Of a stretch of 64,000 bases of DNA, positions 1 through 8,977 are shown piece after piece. The position numbers and the translations under genes were made by a program. The stretch is from the NCBI GenBank assembly GCA_021513695.1, contig CP084166.1, positions 2,112,001 through 2,176,000 of the forward strand, in the 5' to 3' direction. How positions within the stretch are numbered: position 1 is the first letter of the stretch; the number at the start of each line of letters is the position of its first letter. The notes beneath the pieces are model-generated. The model saw only the letters and a program-made list of their open reading frames with translations. It was not told where the DNA came from and ran no database searches. This DNA comes from Candidatus Heimdallarchaeum aukensis (GTDB taxonomy: Archaea > Asgardarchaeota > Heimdallarchaeia > Heimdallarchaeales > Heimdallarchaeaceae).

Positions 1-1148
1 AAATTGGTGTTTATCCTTATTTTATGCACATCAATTCTGAACAAAATCCGGTTGTTGAAATGGATGGAAAACCTACTATTATGCTCGGTAGTAATAACTA
101 CCTCGGAATGACTAGTCACCCAAAAGTTAAGGAAAAAGCTATTGAGACAATTGAAGAATTTGGTGTGGGTACTACTGGCTCTCGACTGCTAAATGGGACA
201 ATGGAACTTCATGTAGAGTTAGAGCAGCGTTTAGCTAATTTTCTGGGTATGGAAGATTGTGTTGTTTTTTCAACTGGAATGCTTGCAAATTTTGGCTCTA
301 TTTCTGCTCTATTGTCTGAGGAGGATGAATGGGTTCTATCAGATCAATATAATCATGCTTCAATAATTGATGGCATTAGGTTGGGACGTTTTAATCAAGA
401 AAATAAGTATATTTTCAAACATAATGATATGGATGATCTGGAAAAGGGTTTACGCTCCGTACCTAAAGGTAAAGGTATGATCATTACTGATGGTGTTTTT
501 TCAATGGAGGGAGATATTGCTCCTTTAGATCATCTTGTAGATTTAGCTGAAGATTATGATGCTTTTGTGTACATAGATGATGCTCATGGCGTTGGTGTTT
601 TAGGCTCCCATGGTAGAGGCACCTCTAACTATTTCGGTGTTACAGATAAAATTGATTTAATTATGGGGACATTTTCTAAGAGTTTTGCTTCTGTTGGAGG
701 ATATATCGCAGCCAGTAAGGAGGTCTGTAACTGGATTCGTCATAAGTCTCGTCCATTTATTTTCACCGCGAGCCCTCCACCTTCTACTTGTGCAACTGTT
801 CTAGCTATTCTTGACATTATTGAAAAAGATGATTCTTATCAGAAAAACCTTTTAGATATGACTCTAAAAATGAAGACTGGTCTAAGTGATGCGGGTTTTG
901 AGGTAACAGATAGTCATACAGCAATTATCCCTCTAATTGTGGGGTCAGAAAAAAAGATGCTAAAATTCTTTCATGAACTTTATAAACATGAACCAAAAGG
1001 CGTTTTTACTAATCCTGTACGTTTTCCAGCTACTCCTAAAGGTCGTGAATTGTTACGTACTTCTTATATGGCTTCAATGAACGCTGACCTTATAGATGAA
1101 GCTTTAGAGATTATAACTAAAGTCGGAAAGAAGGTTAAAGTTATCTAA
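1..1148 (+). CDS. PLP-dependent alpha-oxoamine synthase family enzyme (KBL/BioF/serine-palmitoyltransferase-like); 5' end truncated by window start
   Basis: The frame is open from position 3 and the first in-window ATG is at 24. Family motifs are present: 'NNYLGM', 'DDAHGVGVLG' and the lysine-containing 'GTFSKSFASVGGY'. Roughly 30 N-terminal residues are missing compared with Kbl-type proteins. Confidence 0.8.
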   Translation, partial: IGVYPYFMHINSEQNPVVEMDGKPTIMLGSNNYLGMTSHPKVKEKAIETIEEFGVGTTGSRLLNGTMELHVELEQRLANFLGMEDCVVFSTGMLANFGSISALLSEEDEWVLSDQYNHASIIDGIRLGRFNQENKYIFKHNDMDDLEKGLRSVPKGKGMIITDGVFSMEGDIAPLDHLVDLAEDYDAFVYIDDAHGVGVLGSHGRGTSNYFGVTDKIDLIMGTFSKSFASVGGYIAASKEVCNWIRHKSRPFIFTASPPPSTCATVLAILDIIEKDDSYQKNLLDMTLKMKTGLSDAGFEVTDSHTAIIPLIVGSEKKMLKFFHELYKHEPKGVFTNPVRFPATPKGRELLRTSYMASMNADLIDEALEIITKVGKKVKVI

Positions 1149-1234
1149 ATGGTCAAGTTTATTTTTCTTTATTCCTAAATTTTTTTATTAACTGGAGTAT
1201 TCAAACAGTGAAATCGAACATTTTTTAAGGTTAT

Positions 1235-2188
1235 ATGATTTCAAGTGAATCGGTGAGTCTCATGGACCTCAAAGAACGTAATTTGTTAACTTTAGCTGAT
1301 TTCACTCCTGAAGAGATCCGATTTCTCTTAGATGAATCAAAGAAATTGAAAAAGCAATTTAAGGCTTACGAGCGAACTAAACCTTTGAAAGGTTTAACAC
1401 TTGCAATGATTTTCCAGAAACGTTCCACTCGTACTCGTGTTTCAACAGAAACAGCTATGTACTTTTTGGGTGGTCATGCTATATTCCTAAGTGCTGATGA
1501 TATTCAGTTAGGAGCTGGTGAAACCATACAAGATACTGCTCGTGTTTTATCGCGTTTCAATGATGGTATTTTAGCTCGCGTGTATGCTCATTCTGATGTA
1601 GAAAAATTAGCTGAATATGCAAGTATTCCAGTCATAAATGCTCTCTCAGATAAATTCCATCCTTTACAAATATTAGCTGACCTATTAACTATTGAAGAAC
1701 ACAAAGGAAAACTCAAAGGATTAAAACTAGCTTGGGTTGGAGATGGTAATAATGTTGCTAACTCTTTACTAATCGGTTGTTCTAAAATGGGTATCGATAT
1801 GTATGTTGCTACTCCAAAGGGTTATGAAATCCCTGAAGATGTAGTACAAATGTGCGAGGAATTTGCCGAAGAAAGTGGTGCAAAATTAGTTATGACACAT
1901 GATCCTGTTGAAGCTGTAAAGGATGCTGATGTCGTAGTGACAGATACTTTTGTTTCTATGGGTGAAGAAGCTGAAGCTAAGAAAAAACTCGAAGCTTTCA
2001 AGAATTATGTTGTTACAGAAGAATTAGTTGCAAACGCAAAGCCTGATTATATATTTATGCACTGCCTTCCATATAAACACAAAGAAGCAGAAGAAAGTGT
2101 ATTTGAGTCAGAGAATTCTGTGGTTTTTGATGAAGCAGAAAATAGACTACACACAACTATGGCAGTCTTAAAGAATCTAATGGGTTAA
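1235..2188 (+). CDS. argF: ornithine carbamoyltransferase
   Basis: It carries the carbamoyl-phosphate binding motif 'STRTRVS', an 'HCLP' motif and an 'SMG' motif, and is 317 aa, typical for OTCase. Confidence 0.9.
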   Translation: MISSESVSLMDLKERNLLTLADFTPEEIRFLLDESKKLKKQFKAYERTKPLKGLTLAMIFQKRSTRTRVSTETAMYFLGGHAIFLSADDIQLGAGETIQDTARVLSRFNDGILARVYAHSDVEKLAEYASIPVINALSDKFHPLQILADLLTIEEHKGKLKGLKLAWVGDGNNVANSLLIGCSKMGIDMYVATPKGYEIPEDVVQMCEEFAEESGAKLVMTHDPVEAVKDADVVVTDTFVSMGEEAEAKKKLEAFKNYVVTEELVANAKPDYIFMHCLPYKHKEAEESVFESENSVVFDEAENRLHTTMAVLKNLMG

Positions 2189-3179
2189 CGAATATTTTTT
2201 CTTTTTCTTTTTTACAAATAATTTCTTCTAATACCTCTCTTGACAACTTTCCTCCAGAAATAATTAAAACTACTGTTTTATTGGCAAATTTTTCTTGTTC
2301 TTTCAAAAGAGACGCAACTGATAATACTCCTGCTCCTTCTGCTATCATGAAATGTTTATCATATATTATCTCTATAGCTTCTTTTATCTCCTCTTCTGAT
2401 ACGATAACAAAATCGTCGACGTACTTTGAACAAAAATCGAGAGTGATTGATCCTTTTTCTATTCCTCCCGCACTTGCATCAGAAATGGTAGGGCTGACAT
2501 CATAATCTATTATCTTACCCGCTTCTACTGACTTGCTCATCACAGGAGAATTTCTAGGTTGACAACCGAAAATAGATATGTTCTTTGTTCTTTTATTTTC
2601 TTTTAAATATCCTGCAATACCTGAAATCAACCCTCCTCCTCCTACAGGAACAAAAACACAATCGATATTAGTTTCTTGTGTTTCAATTTCACGCGCAATA
2701 GTTCCTTGACCAGCAATAATATGAATATCATTGTATGGACTAACATAATGTGCTTTTTCTTCTTTTGCTTTTTTTTGGGCATAAAGTTCTGTTTGGAGGC
2801 AATCATATCCATAAAATTCTATGGTTACATTATATTCTTCAAGAGATTCCACTTTGTTTTTTTTGGTAGTGAATGGAAGATAAATTGTACCCTCTAAACC
2901 AAGTTTATCTAGTGCATAAGCCACAGCAAGACCATGATTTCCAGTGGATGCAGTAATAATGTTAGAATGTATACCTTGATTTTTTAAGTAAATTAGCTTG
3001 TTAAAAGCCCCCCTTACTTTGAAAGAGTTTGTAACTTGTATGTTTTCTAATTTTAAGAAAACCCTTGAATCCGTTATTCTGCTAAGATAAGGAGAAAATT
3101 CAAGGGGTGTTTTTCTTATACATTGTTTAATTCTCTCTTCTGCTTCAATAACTTCTTTTAGTACATCCATTTTTTTCAC
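2157..3179 (-). CDS. threonine/serine dehydratase (PLP fold type II)
   Basis: The PLP-lysine motif 'SFKVRGAFNKL' and a Gly-rich 'GGGGLISG' loop are present. It is 340 aa, a catabolic-type size. Confidence 0.8.
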   Translation of the reverse strand: MKKMDVLKEVIEAEERIKQCIRKTPLEFSPYLSRITDSRVFLKLENIQVTNSFKVRGAFNKLIYLKNQGIHSNIITASTGNHGLAVAYALDKLGLEGTIYLPFTTKKNKVESLEEYNVTIEFYGYDCLQTELYAQKKAKEEKAHYVSPYNDIHIIAGQGTIAREIETQETNIDCVFVPVGGGGLISGIAGYLKENKRTKNISIFGCQPRNSPVMSKSVEAGKIIDYDVSPTISDASAGGIEKGSITLDFCSKYVDDFVIVSEEEIKEAIEIIYDKHFMIAEGAGVLSVASLLKEQEKFANKTVVLIISGGKLSREVLEEIICKKEKEKIFVNPLDSLRLP

Positions 3180-3701
3180 TTAAGTCTCATTTTGATTTAC
3201 TATTTTAGCAATATATAACTCATTGCCATTTTGTATCATATCAATTTCTATTGTTTCGGGAAACTGATTGTTAGGAATCAAAATATTTGTTAACATAAAA
3301 AAGTCACTTGGTATAATATCTCTTTTCATATTTCTAATTTCTTCCTCTGAAAACCATGAAAGATTTCCTTCGTCTGTTTCTTTTACTTTTCCAGCTTTTA
3401 CTGTTGTCTCAGCCAAGAAAATAAGAAATTGTTTTAGTTGTTTCTTTGTATTATGATCAATTAAACGTTCGTTTATTATAGCTGTCTGTTTTTCCCATTT
3501 TACTCTCAAATTAGTTTCTTCTAAAACTTCTCGTAAACATGCTTCTTTAATTGTTTCTCCAAATTCTAACTTTCCTCCTACTAGGGCCCATTTTCCGATA
3601 TAATCTCCTCTCTCTCGACGAATCAATAGCCATTTATTTTCTACTGTGTCACGTATTCCTGCTACTACAACGTTTAAAATTCTACTTTTAGTTTCGCTCA
3701 T
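3180..3701 (-). CDS. Nudix hydrolase
   Basis: A Nudix box is present: 'GGKLEFGETIKEACLREVLEETNL' (GX5EX7REUXEEXGU). Confidence 0.75.
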   Translation of the reverse strand: MSETKSRILNVVVAGIRDTVENKWLLIRRERGDYIGKWALVGGKLEFGETIKEACLREVLEETNLRVKWEKQTAIINERLIDHNTKKQLKQFLIFLAETTVKAGKVKETDEGNLSWFSEEEIRNMKRDIIPSDFFMLTNILIPNNQFPETIEIDMIQNGNELYIAKIVNQNET

Positions 3702-3789
3702 ATCTTCTTATTATGTTTATATCATTAATTATTTTTCCTTCGAAATGAAATCCTTATAAACATTTATTATTTCTCGAAATCAAGAGACA

Positions 3790-4389
3790 ATGTCCAACAG
3801 AATGAATCAATTATTGCTCTCAATCCGAAGACGATTGGGAAAGCCAGAAGTTTCTATATTGATTATGGGAAATGATACTCCAGCAGCTAGGAACAGAGTA
3901 AAACTATTGAATGCAGAAATCTCAATTGATGATTTTCTCTTAGATGACTATCTTTCTAAGCTTCCAGTTGAAGACAAGTTTAAGTTTAAACCTAAACTTT
4001 TCGAATCATTTGAGGGGATTTTGTACCTTATCGATGCTACAAAAGAAGATATGATTAAGCATGAGCGAGCTTTCTTCTGGGAAAAAATCGTTTGGAACGA
4101 GGATATAAGAGAGAAGCCAATTGCAATTTGTGCTTATAATAGTAATTTACAAGGCTCTTTAACCAGTGGAGAACTCATAGAGAATCTGTCACTTGTTAGA
4201 TTAACAGATAGGGTTTGGAAGTTATTTGAGGTTGGAGACGTTAACGACTTATTAAGCGCATTAAACTGGCTTAAGGAAGCGATATGGATGGGTTGGACAT
4301 TAGATTGGGAAAGAAAAGAAAGTCTTAAAACTAAACTTTCTCAAAAAAAGATTGTTATTGTAGATAAGAAAAATGATAATGAATCTTAA
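3790..4389 (+). CDS. Arf-family small GTPase homologue with degenerate nucleotide-binding motifs (putative pseudo-GTPase)
   Basis: It aligns end to end with Arf1. 'RLGKPEVSILIMGNDTPAARNRVKLL' matches '[26 protein letters not shown]', so the P-loop GKT is replaced by AAR. There is no DxxGQ switch II. 'AICAYNSNL' sits where Arf has 'LLVFANKQDL', so NKxD is lost. The C-terminal 'VGDVNDLLSALNWL' matches Arf 'SGDGLYEGLDWL'. Confidence 0.55.
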   Translation: MSNRMNQLLLSIRRRLGKPEVSILIMGNDTPAARNRVKLLNAEISIDDFLLDDYLSKLPVEDKFKFKPKLFESFEGILYLIDATKEDMIKHERAFFWEKIVWNEDIREKPIAICAYNSNLQGSLTSGELIENLSLVRLTDRVWKLFEVGDVNDLLSALNWLKEAIWMGWTLDWERKESLKTKLSQKKIVIVDKKNDNES

Positions 4390-4427
4390 ATCTTTACTAT
4401 TGAAAGAATGATAAATGGTGCATTTAA

Positions 4428-5981
4428 ATGGTCAATACAGTTGAGGAATTAATAAAAACTGGCTATAAAGGGTATTCAGTTAGGCATATATTAATGAATA
4501 ACGAATTTAGAAAACGTGTAATCAATGATCCAAGTGTTAGAGGAAATGAAGACGCAAAGAATTTAGTCATGGATAAGCTTGCTGTCGGAGGAAAAGTACT
4601 TATCACAGGTCCTACAGGAGAAGCTAAAACGCTATTCAGTCGTATTCTCCTAGATCACATAGTTCGAGAAATTAATGATCATAAGTATCATATTGATTCC
4701 TGTCCTTTCCTTGAGGACGCAGGATACATTATTGATGTTATCGAGCAATTTGAAGTTGATCCGTTCAATGGAATAAAGGTTTTACAATCTCTTTGTCCTT
4801 TCTGTAGAGCTAAAATTGAAAATGCTTTGAGTGATGGGAAAGGAGATGTAAAATTAGATAATACAGCAAGTGTTCTTAAAACTAAACCCGTTGAATTCAA
4901 AGAAAAATTATTAAAAATCGGTGTAGAAAAAACTGTTGTACGAAAAGCACAACTTGACCCAAGAACAGACCCTGAAAGTCTCTATATGCTATTAGCTGGT
5001 GTAGAAAATCTAGAAGAACTGTTTGGAAAGGAAACTTCAACAACTTACACTCCAACATCACATAAAGTAGGTGTGCTTAGTAAAGGTTTTATTGTAGTTA
5101 ACGAAATTCAACGTCTTCCCCTATCCTTGCTCGAAGCACTGATGGGCTTTCTTGAAGACACAACTTCAATAAAGTATAATCTTCAAGGAGAACCTGTTTA
5201 TATTGATGGAGCAATGATATTTACTTCTAATGCTCCCTTAACAGTATTTGGAGAAGAATCACAACCTATTATCAATCGTATTCCAGAAGTTCTTTGGCCT
5301 GCAAGATCCGTGGAAAGTAGAAGTCAAATTGTTCGAGATATGTTTAGAGAACAAATTACGCTTTCTAGACAAAAAATAACCGCAAATCCAAGCATTGTTC
5401 AGTTGTATGATCGAGAAAAAAGCTCGAAGGATTATGTGAGTAAATTAGCCATAGATTTCCTCGCATTCATTGGAAATAACTCTTTACCAGAAGCTCTTAA
5501 AAAAGGACGAATTCGTTCTGAAAGTAGAGTTCAAAGATTAGACTTTTACGCAGGATTAGATGAAATCCATGATCCTCAAAGAAATCCACATATCGATTTA
5601 CGTACAACATCAAACATTGTGGGTAGCGTGTTGCTCAATAGAGAACGAGAACTTCAAGACGAAGAATATAATGTTGTTACAATAGAACATGTAAGAAAAG
5701 TATTAAACGATTACGATATTCCTTTAGCAATGATAAATGATGCACTACAGGAAATAAAAATAAAACTTAGATCCAACCTTAAAAGCGCGGGAATGGCTGT
5801 AAAAGCAGAAGATATAAGTGAAGATATATCAAAGATGAAGGCATTAAGTGACGAAGAATTATCCGAATTGATTATCAATTACGAAAAACTAGAACGATAC
5901 TATGAATCAGATGTTTTACCTAAAATCGTTGAACAACTCAAACCGAGTTATGAAGCTCTATTGAAGGTAGACTATATCTAA
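4428..5981 (+). CDS. AAA+ ATPase of the MoxR/Mg-chelatase ChlI-like clade
   Basis: 'RGNEDAKNLVMDKLAVGGKVLITGPTGEAKT' parallels ChlI 'VGQEEMKLALLL..GGVLIMGDRGTGKST' and supplies Walker A. 'GFIVVNEIQRLPLSLLEALMGFLED...IDGAMIFTSNAP' parallels the ChlI Walker B and sensor region. It starts 38 nt downstream of the Arf-like gene. Confidence 0.75.
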   Translation: MVNTVEELIKTGYKGYSVRHILMNNEFRKRVINDPSVRGNEDAKNLVMDKLAVGGKVLITGPTGEAKTLFSRILLDHIVREINDHKYHIDSCPFLEDAGYIIDVIEQFEVDPFNGIKVLQSLCPFCRAKIENALSDGKGDVKLDNTASVLKTKPVEFKEKLLKIGVEKTVVRKAQLDPRTDPESLYMLLAGVENLEELFGKETSTTYTPTSHKVGVLSKGFIVVNEIQRLPLSLLEALMGFLEDTTSIKYNLQGEPVYIDGAMIFTSNAPLTVFGEESQPIINRIPEVLWPARSVESRSQIVRDMFREQITLSRQKITANPSIVQLYDREKSSKDYVSKLAIDFLAFIGNNSLPEALKKGRIRSESRVQRLDFYAGLDEIHDPQRNPHIDLRTTSNIVGSVLLNRERELQDEEYNVVTIEHVRKVLNDYDIPLAMINDALQEIKIKLRSNLKSAGMAVKAEDISEDISKMKALSDEELSELIINYEKLERYYESDVLPKIVEQLKPSYEALLKVDYI

Positions 5982-6006
5982 AATTTGGTGAAGGTGGCAA
6001 AAACTA

Positions 6007-7392
6007 ATGCCCCATCGAATTTTTTTACTTACGGAATCAGAGTTTAGAGACCCTCTACAAAATTACGGCGATGCTGAGTTTATATTAGACTTTGAAGGTG
6101 CTGCTGAATTATTAAAACTTTGGCGTAATCCTCACCTAGGTAGGAGCTCTAGAGAAGGAGCTGTACTATCTTTAGGTGCAAAAAACGCTGTTGCAATCCA
6201 AAACATACTCCAAAAAATAATGACAACATATCTTACTGAAGCAGAAGAAGAGAGACTAATTAATGAACTAAAAATATTACAGTTTATTGGAGATAGAGTC
6301 CTCCCTGATGTTCTAGAACGTGTAAACAAGAACGAACTTCAAACAGTGGACGATATTATTCGATACATCCAGAATTTACTACGAGAACTGAAGTATGAGG
6401 GAACAGTTGATCTTAACCTTCTTGCAGATAAGTTGAACTCTCTTAAAGACATTGTTGATTTAGAAATTACAGATGCATACGGAAGAAAGAAGAGGATAAA
6501 ACGAGAAGAAGTGATGGATGTTTTAGGTAACATCCTTGGGCATTACCTTTTAAAGCAAATCAATGTTCTTCCTATTGATGAAGTTCAAAAACGCCCAAGA
6601 GGAACAATTAGACTTCGAGAAACCTATAAAAGTGCAGTGCTTAGTTCGCAATCAATTCCTCCAACGCGCGTAAAACAAGAAGATATTATCCGTGTGAAAA
6701 AAGATAGAAGAAGTTTAGTATATTTCTTAGTGGATTTAAGCCAATCAATGCAAAAAGAAGTGTTTGAGGGGGGAATGACAAGGTTAGATGGAGCTCTATT
6801 AACTGCTCTAAGTCTATATTACTACTTTAAAACCGCCAATAGGAGAAAAAGAAAGAGATACGATATGTTTCAACTTGCAGTAGTCCCTATTGTTCGAAAC
6901 CCCTTTGTAGTAGATGATGATACAAAAATGGAAGATCTTTTATTGAATGCTAAAGCCAAAGGAAAGACACATACTGTAAGCAGTGTTTTGAAAGCTATTG
7001 AGCATGCTAAAGCACAGTATAAGCATAAAAATATTGATGTTCAACTTACAATTGTAACGGATGGTATGCCAAACATACCTGTTTATCCATTTAATTACAA
7101 AATTAGTTCTTCATTAAAGAATTATTTCAATTCAATCGATACTAAAACCAGTCCAGAGACAATAGAGTGCTTGTTACAACTTAATGCCATATTTAAACAC
7201 TTAAAATCAGATCCTAATAGAAATTGGAACATAAGTTACTTTTTGATGGGTACAGAAGCTTTGAGAAAAAAGGAAATTTATAGTCATACGTATCAAATGT
7301 TGAAAGGTATAACTAAACCAATTTTAGTAGATCCTGCACAAATTAACAAACTTGGAGAGCAAGTACTACGGGAGAGTATTCACCATGCATAA
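6007..7392 (+). CDS. von Willebrand factor A (vWA) domain protein with intact MIDAS, partner of the upstream AAA+ ATPase
   Basis: The C-terminal half carries 'VYFLVDLSQSMQ' (DxSxS) and 'LTIVTDGMPN' (MIDAS Asp). An N-terminal region of about 220 aa has no recognised domain. Confidence 0.75.
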   Translation: MPHRIFLLTESEFRDPLQNYGDAEFILDFEGAAELLKLWRNPHLGRSSREGAVLSLGAKNAVAIQNILQKIMTTYLTEAEEERLINELKILQFIGDRVLPDVLERVNKNELQTVDDIIRYIQNLLRELKYEGTVDLNLLADKLNSLKDIVDLEITDAYGRKKRIKREEVMDVLGNILGHYLLKQINVLPIDEVQKRPRGTIRLRETYKSAVLSSQSIPPTRVKQEDIIRVKKDRRSLVYFLVDLSQSMQKEVFEGGMTRLDGALLTALSLYYYFKTANRRKRKRYDMFQLAVVPIVRNPFVVDDDTKMEDLLLNAKAKGKTHTVSSVLKAIEHAKAQYKHKNIDVQLTIVTDGMPNIPVYPFNYKISSSLKNYFNSIDTKTSPETIECLLQLNAIFKHLKSDPNRNWNISYFLMGTEALRKKEIYSHTYQMLKGITKPILVDPAQINKLGEQVLRESIHHA

Positions 7393-8977
7393 AGAAGAAT
7401 TAGCTGACATCATTGATGTGTATCTGCAAGCAAGAAAAGATTTCTTAGAACTGGTAGGTGAAACACCAGAGAATTATAGAATACTTATTTTTCTTAACCC
7501 TGATTTACATATTTCTGTTAACAGGGTGATTGAAAGTGCAGGAACTCCCCAGGCAATCTTAACTGCTGAAGAAGTTGTTCATCTACAATCAGCAAGAAAT
7601 AATGAATATATGCCGTTAGGGAAAGAAACAGTTTTTAACAGCATACCCACACTAATTTATCTTTCAACACCTCGTTATGAATTGACAGAGGAAGAGAAAA
7701 TAACTTTGAGAATAATGATAGTTCATGCTTTTGCTCATGCCTATATGAATGAAAAAACAGAATCCAATAATCCTAAACAGTTATCTCGCATATACCAACT
7801 AGATGTAATTTTAAAAGAATTATTCCAAAATAATGCTTACAAAATTAACGAAGAAACAAACAAACAGTTGATGTGGACTTGGCAGTACTATCAAGATCTA
7901 ATAAGCGTTATACGATTGTTTGTTGAGGCTGGAGTACAAGACTTTTATTCTCCTCCTGAAGAAGCAAGAAAATACACTTTATTCAACAACTTTTCAATTG
8001 AGGTTATTAAGGTTCTAAAGGAAAGAGCAAAAGAATCAAGAAAGAAACATCTCCACGATTTAATCGATGAAGGATTTGCATTCTATATTCAAAGGATGCA
8101 TTTAGATTATTTGAATAAAAATAAACAAGTCCCCAAGAATCTTCCTAAAGAACTTAAACCCTTTATGGCTCCCCCTGTTGGAAAAATAAGTTTGTTCTTA
8201 GTTGATAAACTAAAATTGGCTATAAGCGAACAAATAGAAAAGGAGAAAAAGGAGAGCCTTTCGTCAGAAGAAATTGAAAAAAGATTGTTTGATAAACTGT
8301 TTAGCTTTAGGACTGATTTAGAATTTCTTGAGACTTTTGATTGGCAAGAGCTAAAAAATTGGGTGTCTGAACAAAAAAGAGCTCATTCAGAAAAAGTGTT
8401 AAAGGATTGGCATGTAACAACTACCAATTTCACTGATATTTGGTCTGTTTATGCTTATGGTTGGACACAACTGGAAAATTACATCAAAAAGATATATAGA
8501 AAGAAATACAGTACTTTTGGACAATTGATGGATGATAACCCAAAAATAGAATTCAAGGGATATTTAACTGTTGATGAAAAGAAAGTTTATGTCTTTGAAA
8601 TCAATAACGAAGGTGTGGGACTAGATCAATTGGTTATTTTGCATAATCACATGGCTTTATATCGTGAAGATTTTGCTACCATACTTCCTGCTTTTGCAGA
8701 CATTATCGCTTTCAAAAAAATCAGAGGTATGCACGTTGCAACTTTGTTTGCTGTCCATAAAATTAGTAGAAAACAACCAATTAGTCCCTATAACTTGCCT
8801 ATTGTGACTAGAGCTGTTCAAGTAACGAAAAGAAAGGATGCATACAAAACTGAACTCGATGAAGAAAAAGAGAAAATGGAAGTTGAACGAGTAGACTATA
8901 CACATTTGAAGAAACTCTCTCAACCTCAAAGAAACGCTATAAGTTATCTAATAAAGGAAGGAATGTACTATGTTTAA
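7352..8977 (+). CDS. hypothetical protein (541 aa), co-operonic with the MoxR/vWA pair; the true start is possibly the ATG at 7385
   Basis: It is a long ORF with a possible degenerate zincin-like 'IVHAFAHAYMNE' (HxxxH without Glu). Its start overlaps the vWA stop (ATGCATAA coupling at 7385) and its stop overlaps the next start (ATGTTTAA). Confidence 0.5.
   Translation: MESKYYGRVFTMHKEELADIIDVYLQARKDFLELVGETPENYRILIFLNPDLHISVNRVIESAGTPQAILTAEEVVHLQSARNNEYMPLGKETVFNSIPTLIYLSTPRYELTEEEKITLRIMIVHAFAHAYMNEKTESNNPKQLSRIYQLDVILKELFQNNAYKINEETNKQLMWTWQYYQDLISVIRLFVEAGVQDFYSPPEEARKYTLFNNFSIEVIKVLKERAKESRKKHLHDLIDEGFAFYIQRMHLDYLNKNKQVPKNLPKELKPFMAPPVGKISLFLVDKLKLAISEQIEKEKKESLSSEEIEKRLFDKLFSFRTDLEFLETFDWQELKNWVSEQKRAHSEKVLKDWHVTTTNFTDIWSVYAYGWTQLENYIKKIYRKKYSTFGQLMDDNPKIEFKGYLTVDEKKVYVFEINNEGVGLDQLVILHNHMALYREDFATILPAFADIIAFKKIRGMHVATLFAVHKISRKQPISPYNLPIVTRAVQVTKRKDAYKTELDEEKEKMEVERVDYTHLKKLSQPQRNAISYLIKEGMYYV

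Noticed and set aside
2281-2897. ORFs 2281-2505 and 2676-2897 on the plus strand
   Set aside because: They are antisense to the well-supported threonine dehydratase CDS and are low-complexity translations.
6007-7392. Possibility that the vWA protein plus the Arf-like GTPase represent a Sec23/24-Sar1 (COPII-like) pair
   Set aside because: The vWA domain has a fully intact MIDAS. It is partnered with a ChlI/MoxR AAA+ ATPase immediately upstream, which is the hallmark of MoxR-vWA modules. No zinc-finger, beta-sandwich or gelsolin-like domains flank the vWA as they do in Sec23/24.
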